DNA from: Nemertoderma westbladi
Taxonomy: Eukaryota; Animalia; Xenacoelomorpha
Direction of reading: 5' to 3'
Assembly: GCA_032718475.1 (NCBI GenBank)
Contig: JAUCBJ010005719.1
Location: 1-33,907 of the forward strand
DNA: 33,907 nucleotides
The translations under genes were made by a program, and so were the position numbers. Shown piece after piece: positions 23,352 through 33,907 of this stretch (its first letter is position 1; every line of letters starts with the position of its first letter). The notes beneath the pieces were generated by a model, which saw nothing but the letters and a program-made list of their open reading frames with translations, searched no databases and was not told the DNA's origin.

Positions 23352-24863
23352 AGTAAGGTCAATGCTGGAACTAAGACTGCTGCAGGTACAGGTAAGCCAT
23401 ATGCGGCAGTCGCTAGTAAGTACAACAGGCCAAGTAATCAGATTTTTGTACAATCTGGTGATCTTATAATTTCACGCGATTTCATTCCTTCAATGATATT
23501 TGAACGTACAATCTTTCCATCAAATAATTGTCAGGCACAAGAAGGTGAGGATGCTCCTATAATGGGATGTCTTACTGGTATGAAGGATTCTTCATTTTCA
23601 ACATCTGAACCAAGTAAGGGGAGCCTGAAAGTTTCTAAAGTGGAGGTGGTTTCTCCCTGGGAAGTAAAGGACCGCCAAGAAATTATTTATAAGCCTATGA
23701 AGAGGTATGTAGAAATAGAATCTATTACTACTGCAGAAACCATGTTGAATGTTAATAATAATCTATCTGATATTACTTCTGGAGCATGTACTGATTTTAG
23801 AAGGCCTAATAAAAATGTTTCAGTTTGTAAGCCGTTATATGTTGCCCCATTAGAACCTACTGATAATGCATTGGAAAATAAAGTGGATGACCTGCGTTTA
23901 TCTTCCGCCCATTTCCAATCTGCACCTAGGTCATGTAGGAATAAAAAGTGTAAATTTCTACCATTGTTAGGTGATGATGACGATAATGTAGGCTTGAGTG
24001 ATAAAACGCCACGCAGATTTCTATTTGAAGGAAGTAAATGTGATCATTGCCATACAAGTATGCTTAGTAGGGCACGTTACTGTAATACCTGTGTGAGGAA
24101 GGAGCTTCCTAGGCGGACTCATATGACATGCACTGTTGAACGTAGGCCGGTACAGTACAATGATAATAAATCCAGGCTGCAAGGATCTGTATGTAAAGCA
24201 CTCGTCGGTAAACAATCGGCGGGAAAGCACTGTCCCAGTTGTAGGCAAGTGGAAAACGGTGCCTATAAGGAGTCAAAGGGATACACTAAAGGGGATAATG
24301 TTATTTCGAAGCGGCCTACCTCTGTGAGAGGTACCAAAGTGAAACATATGTGTGTGGTGGATAAGTATATACCAGGTATGTCTGGTCTACGTCCCACTAA
24401 ACCTGTACGTGGTACCAGTGGGATGAAGAGGGACAAGTGCACTGTATGCAGGAAGTTTGTTGCCAGAGGAATGGTCTTTTGTGGAAAGTGTGGGGAACGT
24501 AGAAACAAAACACAGTTTGTTGCTTCTGTTGGTTCTAAACAAACTGCAGAAAACAGTAGGCCTACTGAATTATTGACAAAGTGTAGAAAGTGTCTGGGTA
24601 TTTATTCTGGCCGAGTAGGTGAGTTGTATTGTAGGCCTTGTGAGTTAGTTGTCTCCATGTCGCCTCCTACTTGTGTGAAAACGGGACGGATAAATCGAAA
24701 ATGTATAAATTCTCCCAATAAGGAAATAATACATCAAACATCTGTGCCATGCAGGCAAATCAGTCAGAAAGCAAAATACCTAGTATGTGAAATGTGTTCC
24801 AAAGAAATATCAATATCAATACAATCTATGTGTAATTTTATTTTGTTCTGTCAGATGTATTAG
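23352..24863 (+). pseudogene. Cys-rich N-terminal region of the Helitron-like polyprotein (multiple CxxC zinc-ribbon pairs)
   Basis: Frame is open for 47 codons upstream of the ATG at 23493, back to the EnSpm-like terminus; CDHC..CNTC, CPSC, CTVC..CGKC, CRKC..CRPC, CEMC. Confidence 0.7.
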
Positions 24864-25411
24864 AAGGCAGAATTGTATAAATGCAGATGTACAAACAACT
24901 ATAAAAAGTTTTGGAAGTGGTCTGGAAAATGAAAAATATTTTATAGACCTACGCAAATTAGAGCAAAGATATAAAAGTGGATATAATAAAATTTACGGAA
25001 GTTCTGGTGATGATGAGTTGGGTACTAGTATAACTAATACAGGAAACCAAGTGAAACATTTTTAATTAACAAAATTAGATCTCGTAATGGGTGGTGTGGG
25101 TGGCCGTGGACGTCCTAGAAAGAGAAAATTACCATCTAAAATACATTGGTAAACATACATTGGAGACTAATACAAATTAATGTGAATCAAGTGCGATTCC
25201 ATATACAATTAGTGGTGAAGGAAATCAGAACTCTAGAAAGAGAAAACCAGAGGACCCGAGCTCATCCAGAAGTAATAAATATAAATATATTTCTTTATCT
25301 GATATTGAGGCTTGTATTGGCAATAATGATATTATAATCAAAGGTGTACTTACTGATTACGAGTGTGCTGAGGCTGATAATATTACTAGCTGGTGTTATA
25401 ATGATAGCAAA

Positions 25412-28178
25412 ATGTGTAAAATACTGTATGGGACATCTAGTGATAAAACTGTAAGTAGTATTTATCTCAACAATTTTTTAACTCGTGGTTTTCCAAACAA
25501 CAACATTTCTACTTATAAATGGTATTCTTGGATACATTTCAAAAAGGTGTTAAAAAACCAAGGCCTCAATGTAGAAACAGTTCTCAATAATGAGTCACTT
25601 TTTCTTGATATACTGCAACGTGTGAATTCCTATTTCATTAACAATAAATACTTGCGCGAGAGTGTTTCTCTTGAACCATATATGGGTCCACAATCGTACA
25701 AAGATCGACAAAATACATCTAATTTGTACTACTATGGTAGAGGTAATTTAAAGTATTATCGATTAAAGGACTTCAATTACGAAGTTAAGAATCGGTTTGG
25801 AGTTGCAACAATGAACGATTTTCAGGGAAACTTTAATACTCCAAGAATAGATGCAGACACATTTGAGAATATGTTACAAAGGTGAACCGTGATATAGAGA
25901 AAAATATAGACAGGCATCCACATCTTTTTGAATTATATTCTGGCCCACAATGTCACGAGGATAGGGGGAATACAAGTAGAATGACATATGATGTCTCATA
26001 TGTACAACACAAGGTTCAAAAATCGCTTTCAAATATTAATCCAGCTAATGTTGTTATTGAACCAGCTGAGGTCACAAATACATCTTTTCAGGAACGTTGT
26101 TTTTTAAGAACCTGCAAAGTCTGTGATAAAACGCGGCTTATTGACAGTAAAGCAGCTGCTAAGTTCCATTCGGGTTTCTATGAATATGGAGGGAGAAAAA
26201 TAACAATTCATTTTGAGTGTAATCTTTTGGTGAATGTGGATTGTTCAACTTCTCAAGATGTTGAACTAATCACAGCGTGTGAGCTGGCTAATGACGAGCG
26301 TTATATTCTGTATATAAATAACACTGGTTTGGTTGTCCAAGTTAAAGTATGTGAACCTGTCAATTACATTATTAACTTTGAAGTGAAACAAGTTTGTGCA
26401 CCTCCAACATCATGTTTGGCAACAACACTTAGCCGCATTGGCAAGATTTCTCAGTCACAAATACAATTGGGTAATATTTCATCTAGTGGTCGATTTATTG
26501 CTGATAATACAATCCCACCATTAGATGTTGCAAAAATCAATATAAAAGAACCACATCAGGCCAAGTATTGTATCCAATGGCTTGAAAATCCTTCAAACAG
26601 TTCATCAGAAGATTTCACTGCAAACTTGGAAGTAACAAGTTTGATTGGTCTGAGAAATATACATGCTGTCTATGATAACTTAAAACTTTTACATTGTATT
26701 GCTTGTGGTAGACAGACACCAGGATTTGATAAGGATTTAAATAGCCTTGTAGTTCCAGAATTAAAAAATAATGTAACACTTGAAGATACTAATTTACTTG
26801 AAATCCTTCAAAAATCACAAGTCATAAGTGAATATTGTATAACACTTTCAGACAAGTTCACTGACTCTAATGTTTATGTTTCAAGTGATAGAGAGGTTGA
26901 CGGGATCTGTACAAACTGTGAGTCATTTTATAATGTAGTAGATAGTACTGTATTCCCAAAATATTCAAAACCACCAGAGGCAGATAATACACCACCAAAT
27001 AGTAATTTTAGTGACAACATGGAGGAGTGGAATACTAATTTAATTGATTTAAATCCATATTCATCTGCTAATCTAATGTCTTTAGATGTATTTGGAGATG
27101 TGGAATATGAAGCTTTTGTGGATACATTAACAAAGGCTGAACGTATGGTATTGTCACCAACATTATTATCAGTTCATATTTATCGTAACAAAAATAACAA
27201 TATACCATTCACAAAACATGGTTCAATTTGTTACAACTTAAAGCAACCATTACAAGCTAAAAATTTGCCATGGTGGGACTTTTCTAGTATGCCATTTGTT
27301 GTCATGGTGTCAAAAACAGATGGCAAAGTCATTCATGAGGCTACCGTAAATATGGATAAAATAAAAAGGGCAAAACATTTTATGGAAAGGGATATGGTAT
27401 GTCCTGCAACAGGTTTCAAAAGGCCATATTACTTATATTGTAAGGAGAGCACATGTGCTAATAACTGGTGTACATTTTCTAATGCGAATATGGAATTATT
27501 GCAATCTCAGTTAGAGAATGGTCATGGTAATCAACAACGAATGCCAATTGGTTTGCGAATAATTGATGATAATCAATTATTGGCAAGGGCTGATAGAGAA
27601 TTGACTATTCCGGTTTTTAAACATTGGATAACTTCCAGCATGGAATTGGGTGCAGCTCTATTAGAAAAATATAAGTTGGAAGTTCTCCTTGAAAGTGATT
27701 CTCAGGGTAATACACTCAAGTTTGTAGATGATTTATGGAGTTTGATTAAACAATTCTATAATAGTGATATATTGGACCATGACAATGGTGGTGACGAAGT
27801 GACACCAATCACTCTGAGAACCATAGTTAACTTTGCTTTACAGAGAAATTACTTTGATCCTAATGCTACATCAATGGGTAACAATGACCAAAAATATTGA
27901 CCTCGGAAATAATGGCCAGGGTCGGTCAACAAAATTTGATTTTTTGGGAATGGTTTGTGAGGAAGTAGAAATGTTATCCCGTGACTACTCCAATGATGAG
28001 GGACAGGGTAATGCCATGGCACATGTAGGTAACATTGAATATGTCAGTGAACGACCTGACGAGATAATAGCTGAAACTGTCCAAAGTACCATTTTACAAA
28101 GGTTAGAGTTTCCAGGTGTTGATAAATCATCTCGCATACCTGAAAATACACCAGGATATCTTCCACGAGCCTTTCCAT
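25412..28178 (+). pseudogene. Middle of the Helitron-like polyprotein, copy 2 (157 + 672 aa + following segment; single-base frameshifts at ~25880 and ~27892)
   Basis: Near-identical translation to the copy 1 ORFs spanning 16094-18868. Confidence 0.8.
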
Positions 28179-29565
28179 ACGCACAAAACTTATCGTATCC
28201 TTATAGTCCGCAACAAGTAGGTCCAATATATTTTCAGGTTCCCCGAAAGTGTGGGCTGTTCGGACTTTATGACGAGGTAAGTAGTCAACAGTTAAACTTC
28301 CTGATTGACGAGTCTCACGTAGCAGGCAAGGGAGCCGATAGCGTGATCAGTTTGCTGCACCACCGCCTGAGCCTAGGTTGCAATCGTTTGTTGGACTTGC
28401 AGGCGGACAATACAGTATCGCAAAATAAAAATAATGCAATGATGCACTATCTTTTATGGAGGGTTGCCAGTGGTTTTAACGACGATATTACCATTAACTT
28501 CATGCTTGCAGGACACACAAAATTCCGCCCTGATGGTCGATTTGGCTCAATCAAGCAGAAGTTTAGGGCAACTGATGTTGATACTTTCAACGACATTTTG
28601 GAAATTGTTAGGAAGTCAACTTCGAAGAATGAAGTCATTGGAACTTGCGATCCAACTACTGGCCAAGAAGTAGTTGTCTGGTACAACTGGTCAACGTAGT
28701 TCAGTTCCACGTACAAACCAATCACACTTATCACCAACTACCACCATTTCCGGTTTACTAAGGAGACACCAGGGGTGGTCTTTATGAAGAAATTAGCAAG
28801 TGATACACACTGGACACAGCAAGTTATTATAAAGGATAATTGTTCTATCCCCATTGATCTACCAGAGAAGAAGATCCCTGAAGGTCTCTCAGTAGAGCGC
28901 CAGTGGTACCTGTATGACGTCATAAGACCGCACTGTCGCTCTGAACTTACAAAGGAACTATTCTGTAGTAAGCCAAAGGTTTCAAGACCAACGAAAGTTA
29001 TTGCGACCATTGAGGGTCCATCCACTTCTTCAGCTTCAGCTGCTGTGGTCAAACAGACTAAAGGGAGAGCGAAAAAGTGTGGGGAAGAACCGTCCACCTC
29101 CGCAGCCACCACCAATGCAACTGAGCGTGACGGAGCGCCAGTAGTAAAACGGAGGAGAGGAAGGCCGAAAAAGACAAACAACTAGTAGCATAAATAACTA
29201 AAGAAATAACTTACTAAAGAAATAAATAACTAGGCCTAATGACTAAGAACTAATATTAATAATTGTCATGAACTACAATTTTGAATTTGAATTATATATA
29301 ATAATATATGCAATATATGCCAATTTGAGCTAAAATCGGCCGATTTGAGTCAAAATGAGCCAAATTAAAATTTTCAACTTTTTGACAAAAATGTCAAAAA
29401 TTATTCGAAAAGTGTTTTAGAAAAACGGCCATATCTCACGAACCAAACAAGATCTCGCTTAGCCGTTTTCATTTTCGAATTCTACGGAAAATTCTGCATC
29501 GAATTAAGCAATAAAACAAAAATTGACATTCCTACGCTAAGGTCCGTTTCTAGGGTGGCTGCCAC
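28179..29565 (+). mobile_element. Right half of a Sola-like DNA transposon (transposase core to C-terminus, right terminus ...GGTGGCTGCCAC, target ATAT)
   Basis: YAQ..GPIYF.PRKCGLFG, GKGADSVISLLHH, ADNTVSQNKNN, GHTKFRPDGRFG; in-frame stop at 28697; C-terminal KRRRGRPKK ending at 29185; host sequence resumes at ATAT 29566-29569. Confidence 0.75.
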
Positions 29566-30356
29566 ATATATTGCCACCTAGAAATGATCTTTTAAATATG
29601 CCACTAACTCGTCAAACGGTTGCAAATGAACTTTTGCAATTTAAAAGTAATATTCCAGACTCTAGAGCTTTCTGGAAAAAGCAGAAAAGTGATGCTCTCG
29701 GTTCAAAAAGGTATTTGGAAGATGTCCAAAGCTGGAGGCCAGACAAAACATATCCAATTCTTCCAACAATATTCCAGACAAGGGCATTCCCATATAATCA
29801 TGATCCTGCAGCACATCGACTTATGCCTGGTATTGCAGAACTTGAAACAAATACTGGGGAAAATGCAAGCAATCAGTACTTTTTTCAACGTTTGATAAAT
29901 ACATTGATTAATCCCCATACAATTTCAGTATTAAGTAGTTTGAAGGCAGAACTAGATACAATGTATTTTTCTCAAATTAGGTATTCTGCTGACTATTATT
30001 CATGCCGTGGTGAACATGGAGCAAATGGCAATCCACACTGGCACAAAATTTTATGGAGTAAGTCTATAAGTAAACTTATACATGAAGGATTATTAGATAT
30101 AGAACAAAAAGCCAAAAAAACAACACAAGATCATAATTCGATGGAAATCACTCCAGAGAAAGAAACAATTAGAGCATCAGTTACAGATGCAGTAAATAAA
30201 AGTTGGGAGATCTTAAGAGAGAAATATATAGCGGCCATGTCTGGAATGTATGTCAACTGGAATGCAGGTTTTACAAAACCTCATCTTGATAATGATGTAT
30301 ATTACAAGATGGGGAGAGTACATATGATATTAGCTATGATAGACGAAGTACTGTAG
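29566..30356 (+). pseudogene. Rep HUH-containing segment of Helitron-like copy 2
   Basis: TIFQT and RGEHGANGNPHWHKILW (30006-30056); reads through the position where copy 1 is frameshifted. Confidence 0.8.
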
Positions 30357-30367
30357 CAGGAATACAT

Positions 30368-33300
30368 CGTCCCTATTAAAACATAAGGCCCTAACTCAAA
30401 AAATCATGTTTTGAGAAAATCGACTTTTTTTACTATAAATTCATGGATCCTTGTAAGGCGCTGAAAATGCGATTTTTAGGCAAAAGGAATACAAGGAATT
30501 TGATTTTGCTATTAAAATCTGTCCGAAATGGACATTTGGAATGGAAATTTTAAAAAATATTAGTTAGGGCGTTTTGAAAAAACCAACTTTGGCAGATGTG
30601 TGTCAATTCAAAACGCCCTAACATTTCGCTGCACTGTATATATGTATTAAAGAGTGGAAAATACAGCGCGTTTTTGGTATATTGAAAAAATTTTCTCATG
30701 TCGTGTGTCTGTGTGAGTTTGGAACTGTCAATCACACTGCAGGAAATGTCTTGCAGCAGCCTTTATGTCTTGCCATTATTGAAAATTTTCGATTTCAATG
30801 CAACGTCACTCAAGTATTGTTTTAACATCGATATGAATAAAAAACAACAAAGTATAAAGTAGAGTAGAGTACAGAGGAAAGAACAAGAAAGAAACCGTTG
30901 ATATTCATTAGTCCAAACTCGGATCTCCGCTATAACAATCTACTGTACTCCAGTCTATGAGAGATAAATGTTTCAGTTAGTCACCGTTTCATTCCTCATC
31001 TATGACCTCCTCCTCGTCGGTTTCATCTAGAGAGTCGCGAACCTCATCACCTGGTCTGAGAGCCAAGTATTCCCGATGAAAGATTTTAGGAATAACGCCA
31101 TTCTTCACTAACTTCATTAAGTCATTATATTTGGCTCTGGATATGCAAGGCTTAAAGTCAAAGGCTCGCTTTGGTAGATCTAGCAAATTAGACCGACGAC
31201 CAAAACCACGTATGAACTTGACTTTCACCGGCTGGGAATTCGACGTATACTGTATGTCCATTGTATCGCTGCCCCGAAGAAATAACACCCTTCGCATTTT
31301 CGACCACCTGACTCTTTCATTTGCCTCATCCACCATCATTAAAGGAAGAATGTCATCTGCAGCTTCCATCCACTTCAGAACGTTCTTAGTTTCCAACACC
31401 TGAACCTCGTAAGGAACAGTAGCTTCATCTTGTCTAGAACCTAAGATAATCCCTGCCCACATGGATGGTGCCCAAACCATCATGTTGGAAACAGATCTCT
31501 CAATGGTGCTGTGGATCGAATCGACTGGCATATACGTGTGGCCAGGAACGAGATAATTGAGCTCGATTGTTTCAATGTGATCGGAACGGATTAGTTGGTG
31601 ATAAATCATGGCTAGGACTCCCCGATTTTTATTTTGCCCCCACAACTGTCACAAAACAACTTTACATTCAGATTCGTTGGCAGATCGATGCTTCGTAAGT
31701 ACTGATAAACACAACTAGCTGTTTCATTGGCTCCACGTCCTGCCTGCCACTCCCCCCAAAGGTAACATATACCACGATTCGAATTGCTTTCGTAGACAGA
31801 CTGATTATACTGTGCCAGTTTCCTACTATAACCAGTTAACATAGAGTCACCATGGGGTGTATTCAATACCTTTTGTAGGTCGAAACTAGCAACAATGTAA
31901 TTATATTCGGCCTCCTTGGACTCACTTTGACATTTCAAGAAATAGTTATTCACAGCATTCTTCTCTTCCACGTGAGCTTTGTATTCTTCCTCACTGTAAT
32001 CACCACCAGTATCTTTTCGATGACAAATAACGCATTTATCCTTCTTGGGTTGGTGAAAACCAACGTTATAGTCACTTAGAAAAATCGATCGAAATGTCGA
32101 TTTTGAGACCTTGTCTTTAAGCAACGTGTCTTTCTTATAAATGCGATAAAGATTGGTCAGGTTCTTGAAACGCTGAGGCAGGTACTTGCGGCGGGAATTT
32201 TTTCGAACATAGTGCGGCTCCATTATTGGCAGCTTATTTATGAATTTGTGAACAGATGCTCTTATACCAGCTTTTCCCCGAGTGTTTCCACCACGTTTGT
32301 CTTTAGACGGAAGCTTAGCCTCAGTTCTGTGGCCCAACATCCACCTAACCTCCTTTTCACCAACACTCAATGTTCCCAGGAAGAATGCTCTGCACACCTG
32401 CTCTTTTTGGCCATCTTTGAGCAAGAAATACCTCTTAGAACTTGATCTATGTTTCGTTATTACACTCGATGACTTCTGCTGTGTTCCACCTACACGAATC
32501 ATGGAATTGAGAAAGTTATGGCGACCTTGCCTCTCATCTGTTTCCTTCCAGTACAAGTCGAAATTATGCTGTCGATCTCCATCTGTCCATTTCCCAGAGC
32601 ATCCATGGGGACACTTACATTGCACTTGCCTCATACTGCGAGCTGGTTTGACCTTCCCGGATTTCGTGGTATATGACAGACCCTTCTCTCGTAGGTTGTG
32701 CCTCTCTTTGCTGCTATATGGTTTGATTTTCCTGCCTTTCTTCATTGGATTGGGGGCTTCAATATAAGTCTCTGTAGGCTGCTCAACATCTGCAGAATCC
32801 TCACTCTCGCTACTTGGATAATAGTTTGGATCACTACTCGGATCTTGGGGTGCACTTCCTAACTCACAATCCTGTGGTTGATAGCAGAAACCTGTATTAA
32901 ATATGCTACCATCTGTACCTGGATCTAGTGATGCTCGTAAATCATGTTCTCCATCTTCGCCAATCTCACCTACAGCACGCACAACCCCAAGGTCTAAATA
33001 TTGTAATCCACCCCATTGATCTATATCTTGAAAACCGAAATCGTGTCCCCATCGATTTCGTCCCGAAATCGACAGAATTGCAAATCCACGTCGTGGAATG
33101 CATCTGATATCCCCGCATCAACTTCAGTATCCTGCTGTACTTCAAACTGTATTTCCTGGGCTTCTCCCAAGATTATATCCTGAAGCCCACTCCACAAGTT
33201 GACATCATGTGGGCCAAGAACATTATCACTGTCGCTGGAGATATCTAGGACACATAACATAGGATCCAGATCTGTTGTGATCTCTTCATCCTGTGCAGCC

Positions 33301-33907
33301 ACAGAAAGTCTTTCTGTGGCTGCATTGACGAAATTACCGTTTGGGGGTCTATATGCAGTGCTACAGTATGTATGATCTGACAGAAGCGCTACAGAATCTT
33401 TAGAGCACCCAGCTTTACTTTTCTTCTTTTCGTGTTGTTTGGCGTTGTAGCAGTAGGAGTCCACTCTACATTTCCTCAGCCTCTTTGGGTAAGTCTTTCT
33501 TGACGACATCGCGGATGTGAAATGAAAATGCCTAAATGCAGTATAGTAGTATCTGCAGTATGGCGATTCTGCATACAGCATACCATGCACATAACACTAC
33601 TTTAAATACCCCTCGTTGTTTTTGAAAGGCTTTCCTATGAATAATACTATTGGATTGGTTGTTAGAGTGGATACTATGTAATGTCTATGGTAGATGGGAG
33701 TTAGGGCGTTATGAAAAAATATTGGCTGCCATTCGAACAGTGTAAATTGCGGAGTTAGGGCGTTATGCAAAGCTTAATATCTCGAGAATGGCTAATGCTA
33801 TGGCTTTGAAAGTGCGATTTTCTGAAAGCACGTATGCGAATTACTTAGAATCGTCGATTTTCTCAAAACATGATTTTGTGAGTTAGGGCCTTATGTTTTA
33901 ATAGGGA
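30368..33907 (-). mobile_element. Near-complete Sola1-like DNA transposon (~3.54 kb) with ~57-bp TIRs
   Basis: Left TIR CGTCCCTATTAAAACATAAGGCCCTAACTC...GAAAATCGAC (30368-30424); right TIR 33853-33907 matches with one mismatch and is cut 2 nt short by the window end. Confidence 0.88.
30989..33509 (-). pseudogene. Sola-type DDD transposase (~840 aa) split by two single-base frameshifts
   Basis: CKCPHGC, QVCRAFFLGTL, EPHYVR, PKKDKCVIC, SFDLQKVLNTP, YSRKL, WGE..GRGANETASC, FCDSCGG/QNKN, GHTYMPVDSIH. Confidence 0.85.

Larger units (their letters stand above)
23351..30367 (+). mobile_element. Diverged Helitron-family element, internal fragment, copy 2 (interrupted at 28179-29565)
   Basis: Collinear with copy 1 from 24609 onward; extends ~1.25 kb further 5'; cut at 30367 by the Sola1-like element. 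Confidence 0.8.

Noticed and set aside
32282-32767. 161-aa plus-strand ORF
   Set aside because: Antisense to the Sola transposase.

Overview
Eukaryotic (probably invertebrate animal) DNA made almost entirely of nested, mostly broken transposable elements; no ordinary host gene, rRNA, tRNA or CRISPR array was recognised. Left to right: (1) the 5' part of a probable LTR retroelement on the minus strand, with a 513-codon open gag-like ORF running off the window (missed by the ORF track), a ~4.4 kb repeat-rich leader and a perfect 72-bp-arm hairpin; (2) a CR1-type LINE 3' fragment; (3) a decayed BEL/Pao element with a 5'-truncated RTE-like LINE inserted in its integrase (6-bp TSD); (4) a Mutator-like transposase remnant; (5) copy 1 of a highly diverged Helitron-family Rep element; (6) the 3' half of a Gypsy element (integrase, PPT, LTR); (7) the right end of a CMC/EnSpm-like DNA transposon; (8) copy 2 of the Helitron-like element, interrupted by the right half of a Sola-like transposon fused in frame to the Rep ORF; (9) a near-complete Sola1-like transposon with TIRs. 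Most interesting: the two Helitron-like copies carry mostly complementary lesions and together reconstruct one ORF of roughly 2,000 codons or more, with a zinc-ribbon array, an AT-hook and a non-canonical HUH motif. Family calls come from motif recognition by eye, not database searches.
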